Notes under the pieces: generated by a model | Told to the model about the DNA's origin: nothing | Database searches by the model: none | Seen by the model: only the letters and a program-made list of their open reading frames with translations | Assembly (NCBI GenBank): GCA_029561555.1 | Contig: JAKQXH010000055.1 | Span: forward strand, 20,263 to 84,262 | Length of the DNA: 64,000 nt | Reading direction: 5' to 3' | Source: Candidatus Omnitrophota bacterium | GTDB taxonomy: Bacteria; Omnitrophota; Omnitrophia; Omnitrophales; Omnitrophaceae | Program-made: the position numbers and the translations under genes | Part shown: in pieces, positions 28,080 to 38,010 of the stretch | Layout: each line of letters opens with the position of its first letter | How positions within the stretch are numbered: position 1 is the stretch's first letter

Positions 28080-29719
28080 CCCGCAAACCGGCCGTTGTAT
28101 TTCCCCTGTTCGACCACCACCGCACCGTTCACGAGCACCCATTCCACTCCGCGGGCATATTCTTTGGGGTCCTCGTAAGTCGCGGGACTTTCAATTTTCG
28201 CCAAATCAAAAATCACAATGTCCGCATACTCCCCTTCGCGGATGCGGCCGCGGTCCGAAAGCCCAAGCACATCGGCGGGAAGTCCCGTCATCTTCCGTAT
28301 CGCGTCGCTCAACGGAACGACTTTCCCGTCCCGCACCCATTGCAGAAAACGGGGAAATGTCCCGTAAGTCCTCGGATGCGGTTTGGGCCCGAAATCCGAC
28401 ATATTGTCGCTGCCGATGCTGACGTATTCCTTCTGGGCGATGTGTTTGACGACGGCAGGATCCTGCGAAAACGAAAAAGCGCTGACCAGAAAATTTTCTT
28501 CGGCAAGCAGGTCAAAAAGCGCATCCAGCGGATCCTTGCCTTCCATCTTCGCGATTTCGGCGAGGGTCTTCCCCTCATAAGACTTATGTTTTGAAAGTTT
28601 CACGGCGGCAATCATGAATTGCTCGGGAATGCTTCCGCTTTCGTCCAATTCTTTCTGAGTCAGCCGCTTTAATTCGCTTCTTTTCTCCGGGTTTTTCAGA
28701 AGCGCCACCCGGTCCGGTGCTTCATAAATCTCTTCGGGTAAAATCACGCCCAGTTCGGCAAACGCCGCTTCATAAGGATAAACATCGCCGAACACTTCAA
28801 AGCCTTTTTGTTTCGCATCTTCAATCCGCCGGAGCGCCGGATCGATTTTTTGCCAATTTTTGAACCCCGCGGCCTTGAGATGTGAGATCTCAAGCCGGGT
28901 TCCGGAAGCCTCCGCAATTTCGAGAACCTCGTCGACGGATTCGATCAGCCGTCTCCCCTCGCTTCTCATGTGAACGGTCAATAAAGAATCGCTTTCCTTT
29001 AGGGTCTTGGCAAGCCCGATCAGTTCGTCTTTCCCCGCATAAGTGCCGGGGAGATAAACCAGGCCCAAAGAAAGGCCGAACGCACCTTCCGCGATTGACT
29101 GCCGGAGAAGCCCTTCCATTTCTTTCGATTCTTCGGGTGAAGCTTTTCGCGACGCATCTTTCATAACAGACCAGCGGAGATTTCCGTGCCCGACCAAGAA
29201 AACGAAATTGGTCAAAAGACCGGCCCGCTCCAGCGCCTCAAGATATTCCCCCACAGAATCCCAGGTCGGCACGTGTTCCGGGATCGCGACCCCTTCTCTC
29301 TGCCACACCTCGAAAACTTTTTCTCTCATGTCCCCAATAAGAGGTGCCGCCGACATGCCGCAATTCCCGGCCACTTCCGTCGTCACCCCCTGAAGAAGTT
29401 TATGCGGAGAACCGGGTTGTAGAAAAGGATTGAAATCCGAATGCGTGTGGATATCGATAAATCCCGGCGCGACAACAAGCCCCCGAGCGTCGATCACTTT
29501 CGCTGCCGGAACACCCGAAAAATCCCCGATCCCCGCGATCCTCTCCCCGAGAATCGCAAGATCGGCATGCCGGGCCTCGCCGCCGGTCCCGTCATAGACC
29601 GTCCCGTTCCGGATGATCAAATCAAACTTTTTTTCCTGCGAATACCCGCATTTCGGATTCAAAATCATGAGAGTGACCGTTGTCAGTAAAACCGTTGAAA
29701 TGATTCTCTTTATTCCCAT
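28049..29719 (-). CDS. N-acyl-D-amino-acid deacylase (D-aminoacylase) family amidohydrolase, exported
   Basis: Signal peptide MGIKRIISTVLLTTVTLMIL, then DLIIRNGTVYDG, GFIDIHTHSDF, and a C-terminal ADIVIFD...VLVNG pattern. The start is trimmed to ATG 29719. Confidence 0.75.
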   Translation of the reverse strand: MGIKRIISTVLLTTVTLMILNPKCGYSQEKKFDLIIRNGTVYDGTGGEARHADLAILGERIAGIGDFSGVPAAKVIDARGLVVAPGFIDIHTHSDFNPFLQPGSPHKLLQGVTTEVAGNCGMSAAPLIGDMREKVFEVWQREGVAIPEHVPTWDSVGEYLEALERAGLLTNFVFLVGHGNLRWSVMKDASRKASPEESKEMEGLLRQSIAEGAFGLSLGLVYLPGTYAGKDELIGLAKTLKESDSLLTVHMRSEGRRLIESVDEVLEIAEASGTRLEISHLKAAGFKNWQKIDPALRRIEDAKQKGFEVFGDVYPYEAAFAELGVILPEEIYEAPDRVALLKNPEKRSELKRLTQKELDESGSIPEQFMIAAVKLSKHKSYEGKTLAEIAKMEGKDPLDALFDLLAEENFLVSAFSFSQDPAVVKHIAQKEYVSIGSDNMSDFGPKPHPRTYGTFPRFLQWVRDGKVVPLSDAIRKMTGLPADVLGLSDRGRIREGEYADIVIFDLAKIESPATYEDPKEYARGVEWVLVNGAVVVEQGKYNGRFAGQVLRKKGRE

Positions 29720-30762
29720 ATCCCCGGTATCCCCGTGCCGCATTTCGGACAGTTCCCTCCCGTAATCCGGTTCGTGAGGACGGAGAACCCGGACCGTTCC
29801 ACCAGCAATTCCCGGCAGGACGGGCAATACGTATTCTCCAGCCCCCGGACCCGCCCCGTCAGATTTCCCGCATACACAAAACGAAGCCCGGAGCGTTTCC
29901 CGATTTCCGCGGCCTCAAGCAGCATTTCGGGGCTCGTGTTCCCGGGCCCCCGCATCCGATAATCCCCGTGAAACGCCGTCACATGCCAGGGGATATCAAC
30001 CGAAACGGAAGCCAGAAAATCCGCGATGCGCCCGAGTTCCTCTTCCGAATCGTTGAATTCCGGGATCACAAGCGTCACGACTTCAACCCAGAAATTCCTC
30101 TCCTTTAGCATGCGGATCGTGTCCAGCACCGTCGAAAGCCTCCCACCGAGGGTCCTATACGCTTTTTCGCTGAAACTTTTAAGATCCACCTTGAAAAGAT
30201 CGAGCCGGGGTCGCAGATAATCCAAAACCTCGGGCGTCCCGTTCCCGTTTGAGACATAGGCGGTCAGAAACCCTTCCCTCTTGGCCAAATCAAAAATTTC
30301 GGCGGCCCATTCGCTGGTGATTAAAGGTTCATTATAGGTGCTGGTGACAATCTTTGCCCGGTACTTCTTCCCGATTTCGATGATTTCTTCCGGGCGGATC
30401 GTTTCGGGCAAAATCCCGGCCCGCGCGTCCTGAAGCGTTTGGGATGTCAGCCAATTTTGACAATACGGGCAATGAAAATCACAACCCAGCATCCCGAAGC
30501 TCAGGGCCTTTGCGCCCGGAAGAACGTGGTAAAAAGGTTTCTTTTCGACCGGATCCGCCTGAAGGCCCGCGACATACCCTGCCGGAACCCGCAACGCCCC
30601 TTTTTGATTGAAACGAACCCGGCAAATCCCCGATTCTCCTTCGGAAATCAGGCATCGGTGCCCGCAGGAAAAACATTGAACTTTCCCGTCGGGAAGTTTC
30701 GAATACAATTCCCCTTCCCGCGTAAAATGAGTGAGAAATGTCCCTAAATCACCGGTTTTCAT
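29710..30762 (-). CDS. AmmeMemoRadiSam-system radical SAM enzyme
   Basis: N-terminal Cys cluster VQCFSCGHRCLISEGESGICRVR and the radical SAM motif GCDFHCPYCQNW. Confidence 0.75.
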   Translation of the reverse strand: MKTGDLGTFLTHFTREGELYSKLPDGKVQCFSCGHRCLISEGESGICRVRFNQKGALRVPAGYVAGLQADPVEKKPFYHVLPGAKALSFGMLGCDFHCPYCQNWLTSQTLQDARAGILPETIRPEEIIEIGKKYRAKIVTSTYNEPLITSEWAAEIFDLAKREGFLTAYVSNGNGTPEVLDYLRPRLDLFKVDLKSFSEKAYRTLGGRLSTVLDTIRMLKERNFWVEVVTLVIPEFNDSEEELGRIADFLASVSVDIPWHVTAFHGDYRMRGPGNTSPEMLLEAAEIGKRSGLRFVYAGNLTGRVRGLENTYCPSCRELLVERSGFSVLTNRITGGNCPKCGTGIPGIWE

Positions 30763-30997
30763 AAAAGAACCTTTGAGCGAAGTATATCATTTTGAGTATC
30801 AAGTGCGAAAAAATCTCTATTTAAAATCCTTCCCTGGCTTTTGAAAACGTAAGGAATTGGAAACATCCTAATACCTTAAGCGATCAACAAAAAAATCCTT
30901 AATTTGATCTATTTTTATCATATTTATATATTTGATTATCAAAAATGATCAATTCATGATTAAAAATACTAAAAATAGATAAAAACATAGTAAAAAC

Positions 30998-31026
30998 TTG
31001 CAAAAAGTAAAAACTTGCTATATACT
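30998..31026 (+). promoter_or_regulatory. Sigma70-type promoter (TTGCAA-N17-TATACT) inside a 430-bp AT-rich intergenic island
   Basis: TTGCAA at 30998-31003 and TATACT at 31021-31026. It is embedded in a tandem 12-mer GTAAAAACTTGC (30990-31001 and 31007-31018) about 180 nt upstream of the REC-PAS-GGDEF-EAL gene. Confidence 0.4.
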
Positions 31027-31203
31027 TTGATCAGCGAGCAAAAAGGCAGAATTGTATCTATTGATTAAAGCACTGCGAAAAAAGTTGGGCCATTATTAGA
31101 AAAGAAAACTTTTTCAGACGCTCGCAACGGGAAATTGAGCGCCGGTGAAAAATAACGGAACGATGAGTCACGATACTATAAAGGAAGCTGGGAAAGCAGA
31201 GCG

Positions 31204-33276
31204 ATGGCGCTGAATCACAAAGACTTTACGATTTTATTAGTGGAAGACAATCCGGACGATGTTTTTCTGACCAAAGAAATACTCTCACGGATGAATTTTA
31301 AATCCCTTCGAGTCGAATGGGCCGAATCCCTTCAACACAGTCTGAATTATTTGGCGCATAGCAAAGTCGATCTCATTCTTTTGGACCTGACTCTTCCCGA
31401 CAGCCGGGGGATTGAAACCGTCGTAAAAATAAAAGCGCAAAGCCCTCAAACCCCCATTATCGTCATCACGGTACTGGACGACGAAGCCCTGGCCATTGAA
31501 ACGCTCAAGCAGGGCGCCCAGGATTATCTGACGAAAGAGCAGCTGAACGCCTCGTTCCTTTCCCGGTCCATTCGCTACTCCATCAAACTTGCCGAATCCC
31601 AGTATCACGCCCAACAACTCCAGGCAAAAGAAAATCAATACCGCTTACTTGCCCAAAATTCGGACGGCATCATCATTCTCGATTCGGAAAAGATCGTCAG
31701 ATTCCTCAATCCGGTCGCCGAATCCCTCCTAGGCCCGAAAGCGGAAAATATCGCCGGAACGGTTTTCGAATATCCTCTGAACAGCGAGCCTTTCGAGATC
31801 ACCGTTGACCTCGAAGAGGGAAAGAAAAGAATCCTGCAGGTACAGACTTCCGAAGTGGAGTGGGACGGAGAGAAACTCAACCTGGTATCCCTGCGGGATT
31901 TCACGGAACATTACCGGATGGTCAAGGCGCTGGAAGAAGCCCGAAAAATCGAACGGCACATCGCCTATCACGACGCCCTGACCAACCTTCCCAACCGGCA
32001 GTCCTTTTATAACGAACTGGAACATACCCTGCTCCAGGCAAAGCGCATCGGCCAGAGTCTGGCCCTGCTGTTCGTCGGCATCGATCGGTTCAAACTCATC
32101 AACGATTCGCTCGGCTATTCGACGGGAGATCTTCTGCTGCAGGTCGTCGCGCGACGGATCAAGGCCTGTGTCCGGGAAAGCAAGGCGACCTCCCGTCTTG
32201 CCGGAGACGAATTCACCGTGATCTTAAACGGGATTTCAACCGAACAGGACGCCGCCAAAATCGCGATGCGCATCCTGAACACGCTCGCGCAGCCGATTTC
32301 CCTGAACGGCCAGAAGCTTTTCCTGACGGCCAGCATCGGCGTCGGCCTGTTTCCCAAGGACGGCGCGGACATCCAGGCATTGATCAAAAATACGGACGCC
32401 GCCCTCCGCCGGGCCAAAGACCTCGGCGGCAACAACTACAGTTTCTATCAGCAGTCTCTGGATCCCAAATCCGGAAAACGCATCGAACTCGAAGGCCGGC
32501 TTCGGACCGCGATCGACCGGAAAGAATTCATTCTTTACTATCAGCCCCAGATCGACATCGACACCGAGCGCATTATCGGGGCGGAATCCCTGCTTCGCTG
32601 GTATCAGCCGGAACTGGGACTGATCCCCCCGTCCGAATTCATCCCCATCGCCGAGGAAACCGGATTGATCGTCCCGTTGGGCGAATGGGTCATCCAATCG
32701 TCCTGCGCCCAATGCAAGACCTGGCTCGAGGAAGGGCTGCCGCCGATTCGCGTCACCGTCAACCTGTCGGCCCGCCAATTCCATCAGACGGACCTGACCG
32801 AGCTCGTGGCGGAAAAACTCCGGGAAACGGCCCTGGATTCGTCCCATCTCGGGCTTGAAATCACCGAATCGTCCGTCATGCACAACCCGGAATACGCCGT
32901 TTCGATCCTTCAGAAATTAAAGGACATGGGGATTCTGCTTTCGGTCGACGATTTCGGCACGGGCTATTCCTCCCTCAGCTATCTGAAGCGCTTTCCCATC
33001 GACGTCCTGAAAGTGGACCGCTCCTTCGTCCAAAACATCACGACGGACCTGAACGACGCGGCAATCACCACCGCCATTATCGGGATGGCGCACAGCCTTG
33101 ACTTGCAGGCCGTCGCGGAAGGGGTGGAAACGGAGGAGCAGCTTAACTTTTTAAGATCGCTTTCCTGCGACGCGGTCCAGGGATTTTTATACAGCCGCCC
33201 GCTTCCCGCCGTCGAATTTTCGGAGACCCTCCGGAAAAACAGCGGCTACCTGCACATCAAGCCCGAGGGCCGGTAA
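31204..33276 (+). CDS. Response-regulator receiver - PAS - GGDEF - EAL protein (c-di-GMP turnover)
   Basis: REC (ILLVEDNPDD...DLILLDLTLPD). PAS region. GGDEF domain with an AGDEF signature (RLAGDEFTVIL). EAL domain (QPQIDI...GAESLLRW, EITES, DDFGTGYSSL, QGFLYSRP). Confidence 0.9.
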   Translation: MALNHKDFTILLVEDNPDDVFLTKEILSRMNFKSLRVEWAESLQHSLNYLAHSKVDLILLDLTLPDSRGIETVVKIKAQSPQTPIIVITVLDDEALAIETLKQGAQDYLTKEQLNASFLSRSIRYSIKLAESQYHAQQLQAKENQYRLLAQNSDGIIILDSEKIVRFLNPVAESLLGPKAENIAGTVFEYPLNSEPFEITVDLEEGKKRILQVQTSEVEWDGEKLNLVSLRDFTEHYRMVKALEEARKIERHIAYHDALTNLPNRQSFYNELEHTLLQAKRIGQSLALLFVGIDRFKLINDSLGYSTGDLLLQVVARRIKACVRESKATSRLAGDEFTVILNGISTEQDAAKIAMRILNTLAQPISLNGQKLFLTASIGVGLFPKDGADIQALIKNTDAALRRAKDLGGNNYSFYQQSLDPKSGKRIELEGRLRTAIDRKEFILYYQPQIDIDTERIIGAESLLRWYQPELGLIPPSEFIPIAEETGLIVPLGEWVIQSSCAQCKTWLEEGLPPIRVTVNLSARQFHQTDLTELVAEKLRETALDSSHLGLEITESSVMHNPEYAVSILQKLKDMGILLSVDDFGTGYSSLSYLKRFPIDVLKVDRSFVQNITTDLNDAAITTAIIGMAHSLDLQAVAEGVETEEQLNFLRSLSCDAVQGFLYSRPLPAVEFSETLRKNSGYLHIKPEGR

Positions 33277-33988
33277 ATCCGGTTTTTCGGTTTCGTACGG
33301 CCGATTCGCGTTTTAAAATTTTCGTGTAACGGTCCGCCTCGCGGGTCGGTTTCGGAATGCGGTACCCGTCCGTTGTTTTCAGGATAATCTCCGCGGAGGC
33401 CCCAAAATCGATTAGATGTCCGGGCGAGACAAAAACAGGCTTCACGCGATCCCGAGTCCTCAAAACGGACCCGATTCTTTCCCCCTCCCGCGTCAGGAGG
33501 ACGGAATGATCTCCCGCCCGAAGGCCCGGCTCCCGGTACATCCCGCAAAGTCTCGACTTCGCGCACCCGATCGCCGGCTTCTCGAGAAAAAGTCCGAGAT
33601 GGCTCGCGATCCCCATCCCCCGCGGATGAGCGATTCCCTGTCCGTCAAAAATGTAAAGATCCGGCTCATGCTCCAATGCCGCGATCGCTTCCAGAAGAAC
33701 GGGCGCTTCGCGAAAAGCGAGAAGCCCGGGGACATAGGGGAAGGTCAGCCGGCCGACGGCGGTTTTTCGCTCAACTTCCCGAAGGCCGGGAAACTCGTAT
33801 ACCGCGACCGCTCCGTAGGCCATTCCCTTTCCGGGATCAACCGCGATATCGCATCCGGCCAGCAAACCGATTTCGGAAACATCCCGGAACGCGTTCGTCA
33901 GGGACACCCGCGGGCGAAGTGTTTTTTGAATCTCGGAAGCTTTTGCGGGAGAGACCCGCCATTCATGCCATTTTTTGATTTTGATCAC
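33257..33988 (-). CDS. nfi: Endonuclease V
   Basis: LLAGCDIAVD...FPYVPGLLAFREAP...DGQGIAHPRGMGIASHLG. The stop overlaps the convergent c-di-GMP gene by 20 nt. Confidence 0.85.
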   Translation of the reverse strand: MIKIKKWHEWRVSPAKASEIQKTLRPRVSLTNAFRDVSEIGLLAGCDIAVDPGKGMAYGAVAVYEFPGLREVERKTAVGRLTFPYVPGLLAFREAPVLLEAIAALEHEPDLYIFDGQGIAHPRGMGIASHLGLFLEKPAIGCAKSRLCGMYREPGLRAGDHSVLLTREGERIGSVLRTRDRVKPVFVSPGHLIDFGASAEIILKTTDGYRIPKPTREADRYTKILKRESAVRNRKTGFTGPRA

Positions 33989-34009
33989 GGAGAGGCCCCC
34001 GGGAAAATT

Positions 34010-34696
34010 TTATAACTTTTCGGCCCGCGCTTGCATTTTTTTGAGGGGAATCATGTCTCCCGAACGTTCCGCGACGGGAATCCCGCGCCGGTAAACTTCC
34101 AAGGCTTCCGCCCGACGCCCCAAAGCCTCGAGCGCCTGCCCCCATCCCAGGTAGGAAGGAGAATGATCCGGATTCACCCCCGCCGCTTTCTCGAAAACCT
34201 CCCGGGCTTCTTCGTGCCGTTTCCCTTCCAGATAAGCCGTCCCCAGGCTGAAATACCCCAAGACATCCTTGGGATCGAGTTCGATGACTTTCCGGTAAGT
34301 TTCGATCTTCTGCCGTAAAACCGTTTCCGCTTGTCCGGAATCACCGGACGATTCCGGTTCGGACGTTTTCATCCGAAGCTCGGCTTTCCAGGAAAGTCTC
34401 CTCGATTCCGCCTGCTCCCGTTCCGCTTCCTCGAGAAGTCCTTTCGCCGCATAAAAACGGGAAAGGTTGGCGTGCGCCATGATATTTCCGGGATCCAGTC
34501 CGGCGAGTTCCCGCATGCAGGCAATGGCATCGTCGGTTCTCTTTTCCTGGAAATAAAGAAGCCCCAAGGCTTCGCGGGCATCCCCGAGACCGGGGTCCAG
34601 CCGGAGGCAATCTTCCAGCAGCGCGATCGCTTCTTTCAAGCGATCCCGCCGGTATTCTTCCAAAGCCTTCGCGTATAATTCGCGGGCGTCCGCCAT
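34010..34696 (-). CDS. Tetratricopeptide-repeat protein
   Basis: 228 aa of consecutive TPR units (ALGLLYFQEKRTDDAIACMRELAGLDP, YFSLGTAYLEGKRHEEAREVFEKA...). Confidence 0.7.
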   Translation of the reverse strand: MADARELYAKALEEYRRDRLKEAIALLEDCLRLDPGLGDAREALGLLYFQEKRTDDAIACMRELAGLDPGNIMAHANLSRFYAAKGLLEEAEREQAESRRLSWKAELRMKTSEPESSGDSGQAETVLRQKIETYRKVIELDPKDVLGYFSLGTAYLEGKRHEEAREVFEKAAGVNPDHSPSYLGWGQALEALGRRAEALEVYRRGIPVAERSGDMIPLKKMQARAEKL

Positions 34697-34709
34697 AAAA
34701 AAAGACGGA

Positions 34710-35027
34710 TCAGTCGTCCAAGTGAAGGATTTTCCGTCCTTCCGGCGTAATCTTTTCGGGAGACCAGGGCGGGTCCCACACCAGATTGACGGTGACCCGG
34801 GTCGTCCCGCAATCGTCCTGAATGCGCTGCCGGACGATCTCGGGGATTCGCTGAGCCATGGGGCATCCTTGAGTCGTCAGCGTCATCAAAACATTCACCG
34901 CGTCTTCCTTGACGCTCACGTCGTAAATCAGCCCCAGATCGTAAACATTGACCGGTATTTCCGGATCATAACACTGCTTGATCGATTCGATCACTTTCTC
35001 TTTCGTAACCATGCCTTCTCCCGTCAA
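34710..35027 (-). CDS. DUF59 / SufT-like Fe-S cluster assembly protein
   Basis: VIESIKQCYDPEIPVNVYDLGLIYDV...MTLTTQGCPM. Confidence 0.75.
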   Translation of the reverse strand: MTGEGMVTKEKVIESIKQCYDPEIPVNVYDLGLIYDVSVKEDAVNVLMTLTTQGCPMAQRIPEIVRQRIQDDCGTTRVTVNLVWDPPWSPEKITPEGRKILHLDD

Positions 35028-35053
35028 AAATCCCTCCGTTTAAAAAAATCGGG

Positions 35054-35419
35054 TTACCAATCCCAGCTGTCCATCAGCGGGAAAATGGGTTCCTGCGGAT
35101 AAGGGAATGTCACGATTTCATAAACACCCGTTGCCATCCGCCCCACCGTATAGGCAATCCCCTTGCCGAAGCCGACGGTCGCGCCCTGCCAGGCATTTTT
35201 TTCCTTGGAGACTTTTCTGATTTCATAAGGGATCTCAAGCCATCCGACAAACAGATTTTCGACTCCGCGGCCCAGCTTGTCCGAAATTTTCTCCGAATAA
35301 GTCCCTTCCAGCACCGCCGCGCTATCCTCCGATGCCTGAGCCCAGACCGTCAGAGGCAACGCAAGCAAAATCCCCGCCAAAAGCAAACTCCAGAACACCC
35401 TCCCTTTCATCCGCCGCAT
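35054..35419 (-). CDS. Small exported protein of the exosortase-associated TIGR04073-like family
   Basis: Signal peptide, then KLGRGVENLFVGWLEIPYEI and GIAYTVGRMATGVYEIVTFP. The start is set at ATG 35419 (AGGAGG 7 nt upstream). Confidence 0.55.
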   Translation of the reverse strand: MRRMKGRVFWSLLLAGILLALPLTVWAQASEDSAAVLEGTYSEKISDKLGRGVENLFVGWLEIPYEIRKVSKEKNAWQGATVGFGKGIAYTVGRMATGVYEIVTFPYPQEPIFPLMDSWDW

Positions 35420-35445
35420 AAATTTCCTCCTTTCACCGCCATGAT

Positions 35446-36690
35446 TCATGGTCGCTTTAAAAGTTTCGCGACAAAAAAACCGTCCGTGCCGTCCCGGTGC
35501 GGGAAAAACCGTTTATCCCCTCCCTCCCGGCCGAAATCCGGATGCCGCTCCAGAAAAGACCCGATCACTTCTTCGTTTTCCTCCGCCTGAAGCGAGCAAG
35601 TCGCATAGATCAGGACCCCGCCCCGTTTGAGATGAGGCGAATAATCTTCCAAGATTTTAAGCTGATTTTCCCGAAATTGCACGATGATTTCTTCCGTCAG
35701 CCGCCACTTTTGATCGGGATTCCGCCGCAGCGTCCCCGTCCCGGAGCACGGCGCGTCGATCAAAAGCCGGTCCACTCCGGCGGAGAGCATCTTTTTCTTT
35801 TCCAGTTCCCGGACACTGCCCGAAACAATATTGAACGCCCCCGCCCGCTTGGCGCGCTCCCGGAGCTCTTCCAGTTTTCCCGTCCGGATATCGGAAGCAA
35901 TCACTCTCCCGGAATTTTTCATCAACGCGGCGGCCAAAAGCGTTTTCCCGCCTCCCCCGGCGCACGCGTCCCAGAAGATTTCGCCCGGCCGGGGACCGGC
36001 CTCCAAAACAATCATCTGGCTCCCCTCGTCCTGAATCTCGAAAAACCCTTCTTTGAATTCGGGGCTTTCAAAAACATTGAAACGCTTTCCCGCCCGAATC
36101 CCCAACGGGGAAAGCTCCGTCGCTGAGACCTCATGCCCCTGCCGGAGCAAAATTTCCATGACTTCCCGACGACCTGCCTTCAACGGATTCGCCCGGAGGA
36201 CAAACGGAGCGCGCTCATTCAGGCTGCCGAGCAGCTCTCCGGTTTCGGATTCCCCGAAACGATTCATCCAATTCCTGACCAACCAAAGCGGGAAAGAATA
36301 TTTCAGGGAAAATTTCTCCGCCGTCTGATCCGCCCCGAAAACCGAAGCAGGTTCCCTTGCCGTCAACGCCCGATAAAGTCTTTCGGCGCAGGAAGGCTCT
36401 ATGAAATTCCGGAAGCCTTCCGCGTTGATCATCCCCTCGCACGCGAGCGCCGACGCGGCCCGGAAAAAAGGACCGTCCGGTTCGAGCTCCCGGATCCAGT
36501 CTTCGATCAAAAGCTTGTGCCGGAACATGCCGAAGACGCAATCGGAAATCAAACGTCTTTCCTTGGATCCGAAACGGCGGCGTTGTTCGTGGAAAAAATT
36601 CGAGAGAACCCGGTCCAGGGGAGCGGAAGAGCGGCAGGCCTTCTCATAAAGCCCGGCGGCGGTTTCTAACTGCGCTGAAAGACCTTTCAA
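35446..36690 (-). CDS. NOL1/NOP2/Sun-family RNA m5C methyltransferase (RsmB-like)
   Basis: N-terminal NusB-like domain, then DACAGGGGKT (SAM motif I) and DAPCSGTGTLRRNPD plus YATCSL catalytic cysteines. Confidence 0.8.
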   Translation of the reverse strand: MKGLSAQLETAAGLYEKACRSSAPLDRVLSNFFHEQRRRFGSKERRLISDCVFGMFRHKLLIEDWIRELEPDGPFFRAASALACEGMINAEGFRNFIEPSCAERLYRALTAREPASVFGADQTAEKFSLKYSFPLWLVRNWMNRFGESETGELLGSLNERAPFVLRANPLKAGRREVMEILLRQGHEVSATELSPLGIRAGKRFNVFESPEFKEGFFEIQDEGSQMIVLEAGPRPGEIFWDACAGGGGKTLLAAALMKNSGRVIASDIRTGKLEELRERAKRAGAFNIVSGSVRELEKKKMLSAGVDRLLIDAPCSGTGTLRRNPDQKWRLTEEIIVQFRENQLKILEDYSPHLKRGGVLIYATCSLQAEENEEVIGSFLERHPDFGREGGDKRFFPHRDGTDGFFVAKLLKRP

Positions 36691-36700
36691 GACATTCTGA

Positions 36701-37915
36701 TCAAATGATGGTTCCGGAAGGGATCACCGCGTTTTTGGGAATCACGACGATCCCGTCGCGGATAAAATAATTTTCTCCGTCGAAATCTTTGAGCTTTTTC
36801 GGATTCGTGATCTGGACCCGCGCCCCGATCCGCACGTTTTTGTCCAGAATGGCCTTTTCGATATGGCACCCGGGGCCGATTCCGATGGGGACCCCGTCTT
36901 TCAGGGGTTTTTCCTCAAAAAAATCGGCCCCCATGACGATCGAATCGCAGATCACCGTATTCCGCCGGACCACGGACCGCAACCCGACAATCGACCGCGA
37001 GATCTCCGATTCCCGGATCAGGCTCCCCTCGGAAATGAGGGAATTATCGATTTTCGCCCCCATCACGCGGGAAGGAGGCAAAAAACGGGGGTGCGTGTAA
37101 ATCCGCTCCGAGGCCGATACGAAACTGAACGGGGGATTCTGCGCCGCAAGCTCGAGATTGGCTTCATAAAAACTTTCGATCGTTCCGATGTCCCGCCAAT
37201 ATCCTTCGAACACATACCCTTGAGCGTGATAGCGCAGAATCGAATTGGGAATCACTTCCCGCCCGAAATCGCTTTCGTTCCCCTCGAGAATTTTCTTGAG
37301 CACCCTGGCGCGAAAAGCGTAAATCCCCATCGAAGCGAGAAACTTCCCCTCGTAGCTGTCTTCCGCGGTGACGGTTTTGGGTTTTTCCTTGAACGCGATG
37401 ATGCGCCCCTCGGGATTCATCTTTAAAATCCCGAAATGACGGACTTCCGTTTTCTTGACCGGCGCCACCGCCACGACAAAATCCGCGTTCGTTTCCCGGA
37501 GGCGGCGAATCATTTTCTGCAGATCCATGCGGTACAAATGATCCCCCGAAAGAATCATCACCTCGTCTTCGTCCTGGATGTGGTAATGGTCAAAATGTTT
37601 CCGCACGGCATCGGCCGTCCCCTGAAACCAGTCGGTCGTCGCGAGGGTCTGTTCCGCCGCGAGCAGTTCGACGCTCGCGTCGTTGAAATAATCGAAGCGG
37701 TAGGTGTTCAAAATATGCCGGTGAAGCGAAACGGAGTTGAACTGGGTCAGGACAAAGATCGTTTTCACGCCGGAATTGAGGGAATTGGAAATGGGGATGT
37801 CCACAAGACGGTACTTGCCCCCGATCGGAACGGCCGGCTTGGCCCGGTCCCGCGTCAGAGGGAACAATCTTTTCCCGTGTCCGCCCCCGAGAATAATCGA
37901 AATGATGGCGCTCAT
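36701..37915 (-). CDS. glgC: Glucose-1-phosphate adenylyltransferase
   Basis: ILGGGHGKRLFPLTRDRAKPAVPIGGKYRLVDIPISNSLNSG and a C-terminal left-handed beta-helix. The start is at ATG 37915 (AGGAG 8 nt upstream). Confidence 0.9.
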   Translation of the reverse strand: MSAIISIILGGGHGKRLFPLTRDRAKPAVPIGGKYRLVDIPISNSLNSGVKTIFVLTQFNSVSLHRHILNTYRFDYFNDASVELLAAEQTLATTDWFQGTADAVRKHFDHYHIQDEDEVMILSGDHLYRMDLQKMIRRLRETNADFVVAVAPVKKTEVRHFGILKMNPEGRIIAFKEKPKTVTAEDSYEGKFLASMGIYAFRARVLKKILEGNESDFGREVIPNSILRYHAQGYVFEGYWRDIGTIESFYEANLELAAQNPPFSFVSASERIYTHPRFLPPSRVMGAKIDNSLISEGSLIRESEISRSIVGLRSVVRRNTVICDSIVMGADFFEEKPLKDGVPIGIGPGCHIEKAILDKNVRIGARVQITNPKKLKDFDGENYFIRDGIVVIPKNAVIPSGTII

Positions 37916-38010
37916 CGTTTTTCTCCTAAAATTTTTCAAAACAGGATTTCATTATAGCATAGAGAATCGGCGCGGATAGCGAAAATGAATGTTTGGGAAA
38001 CACGGAATCC

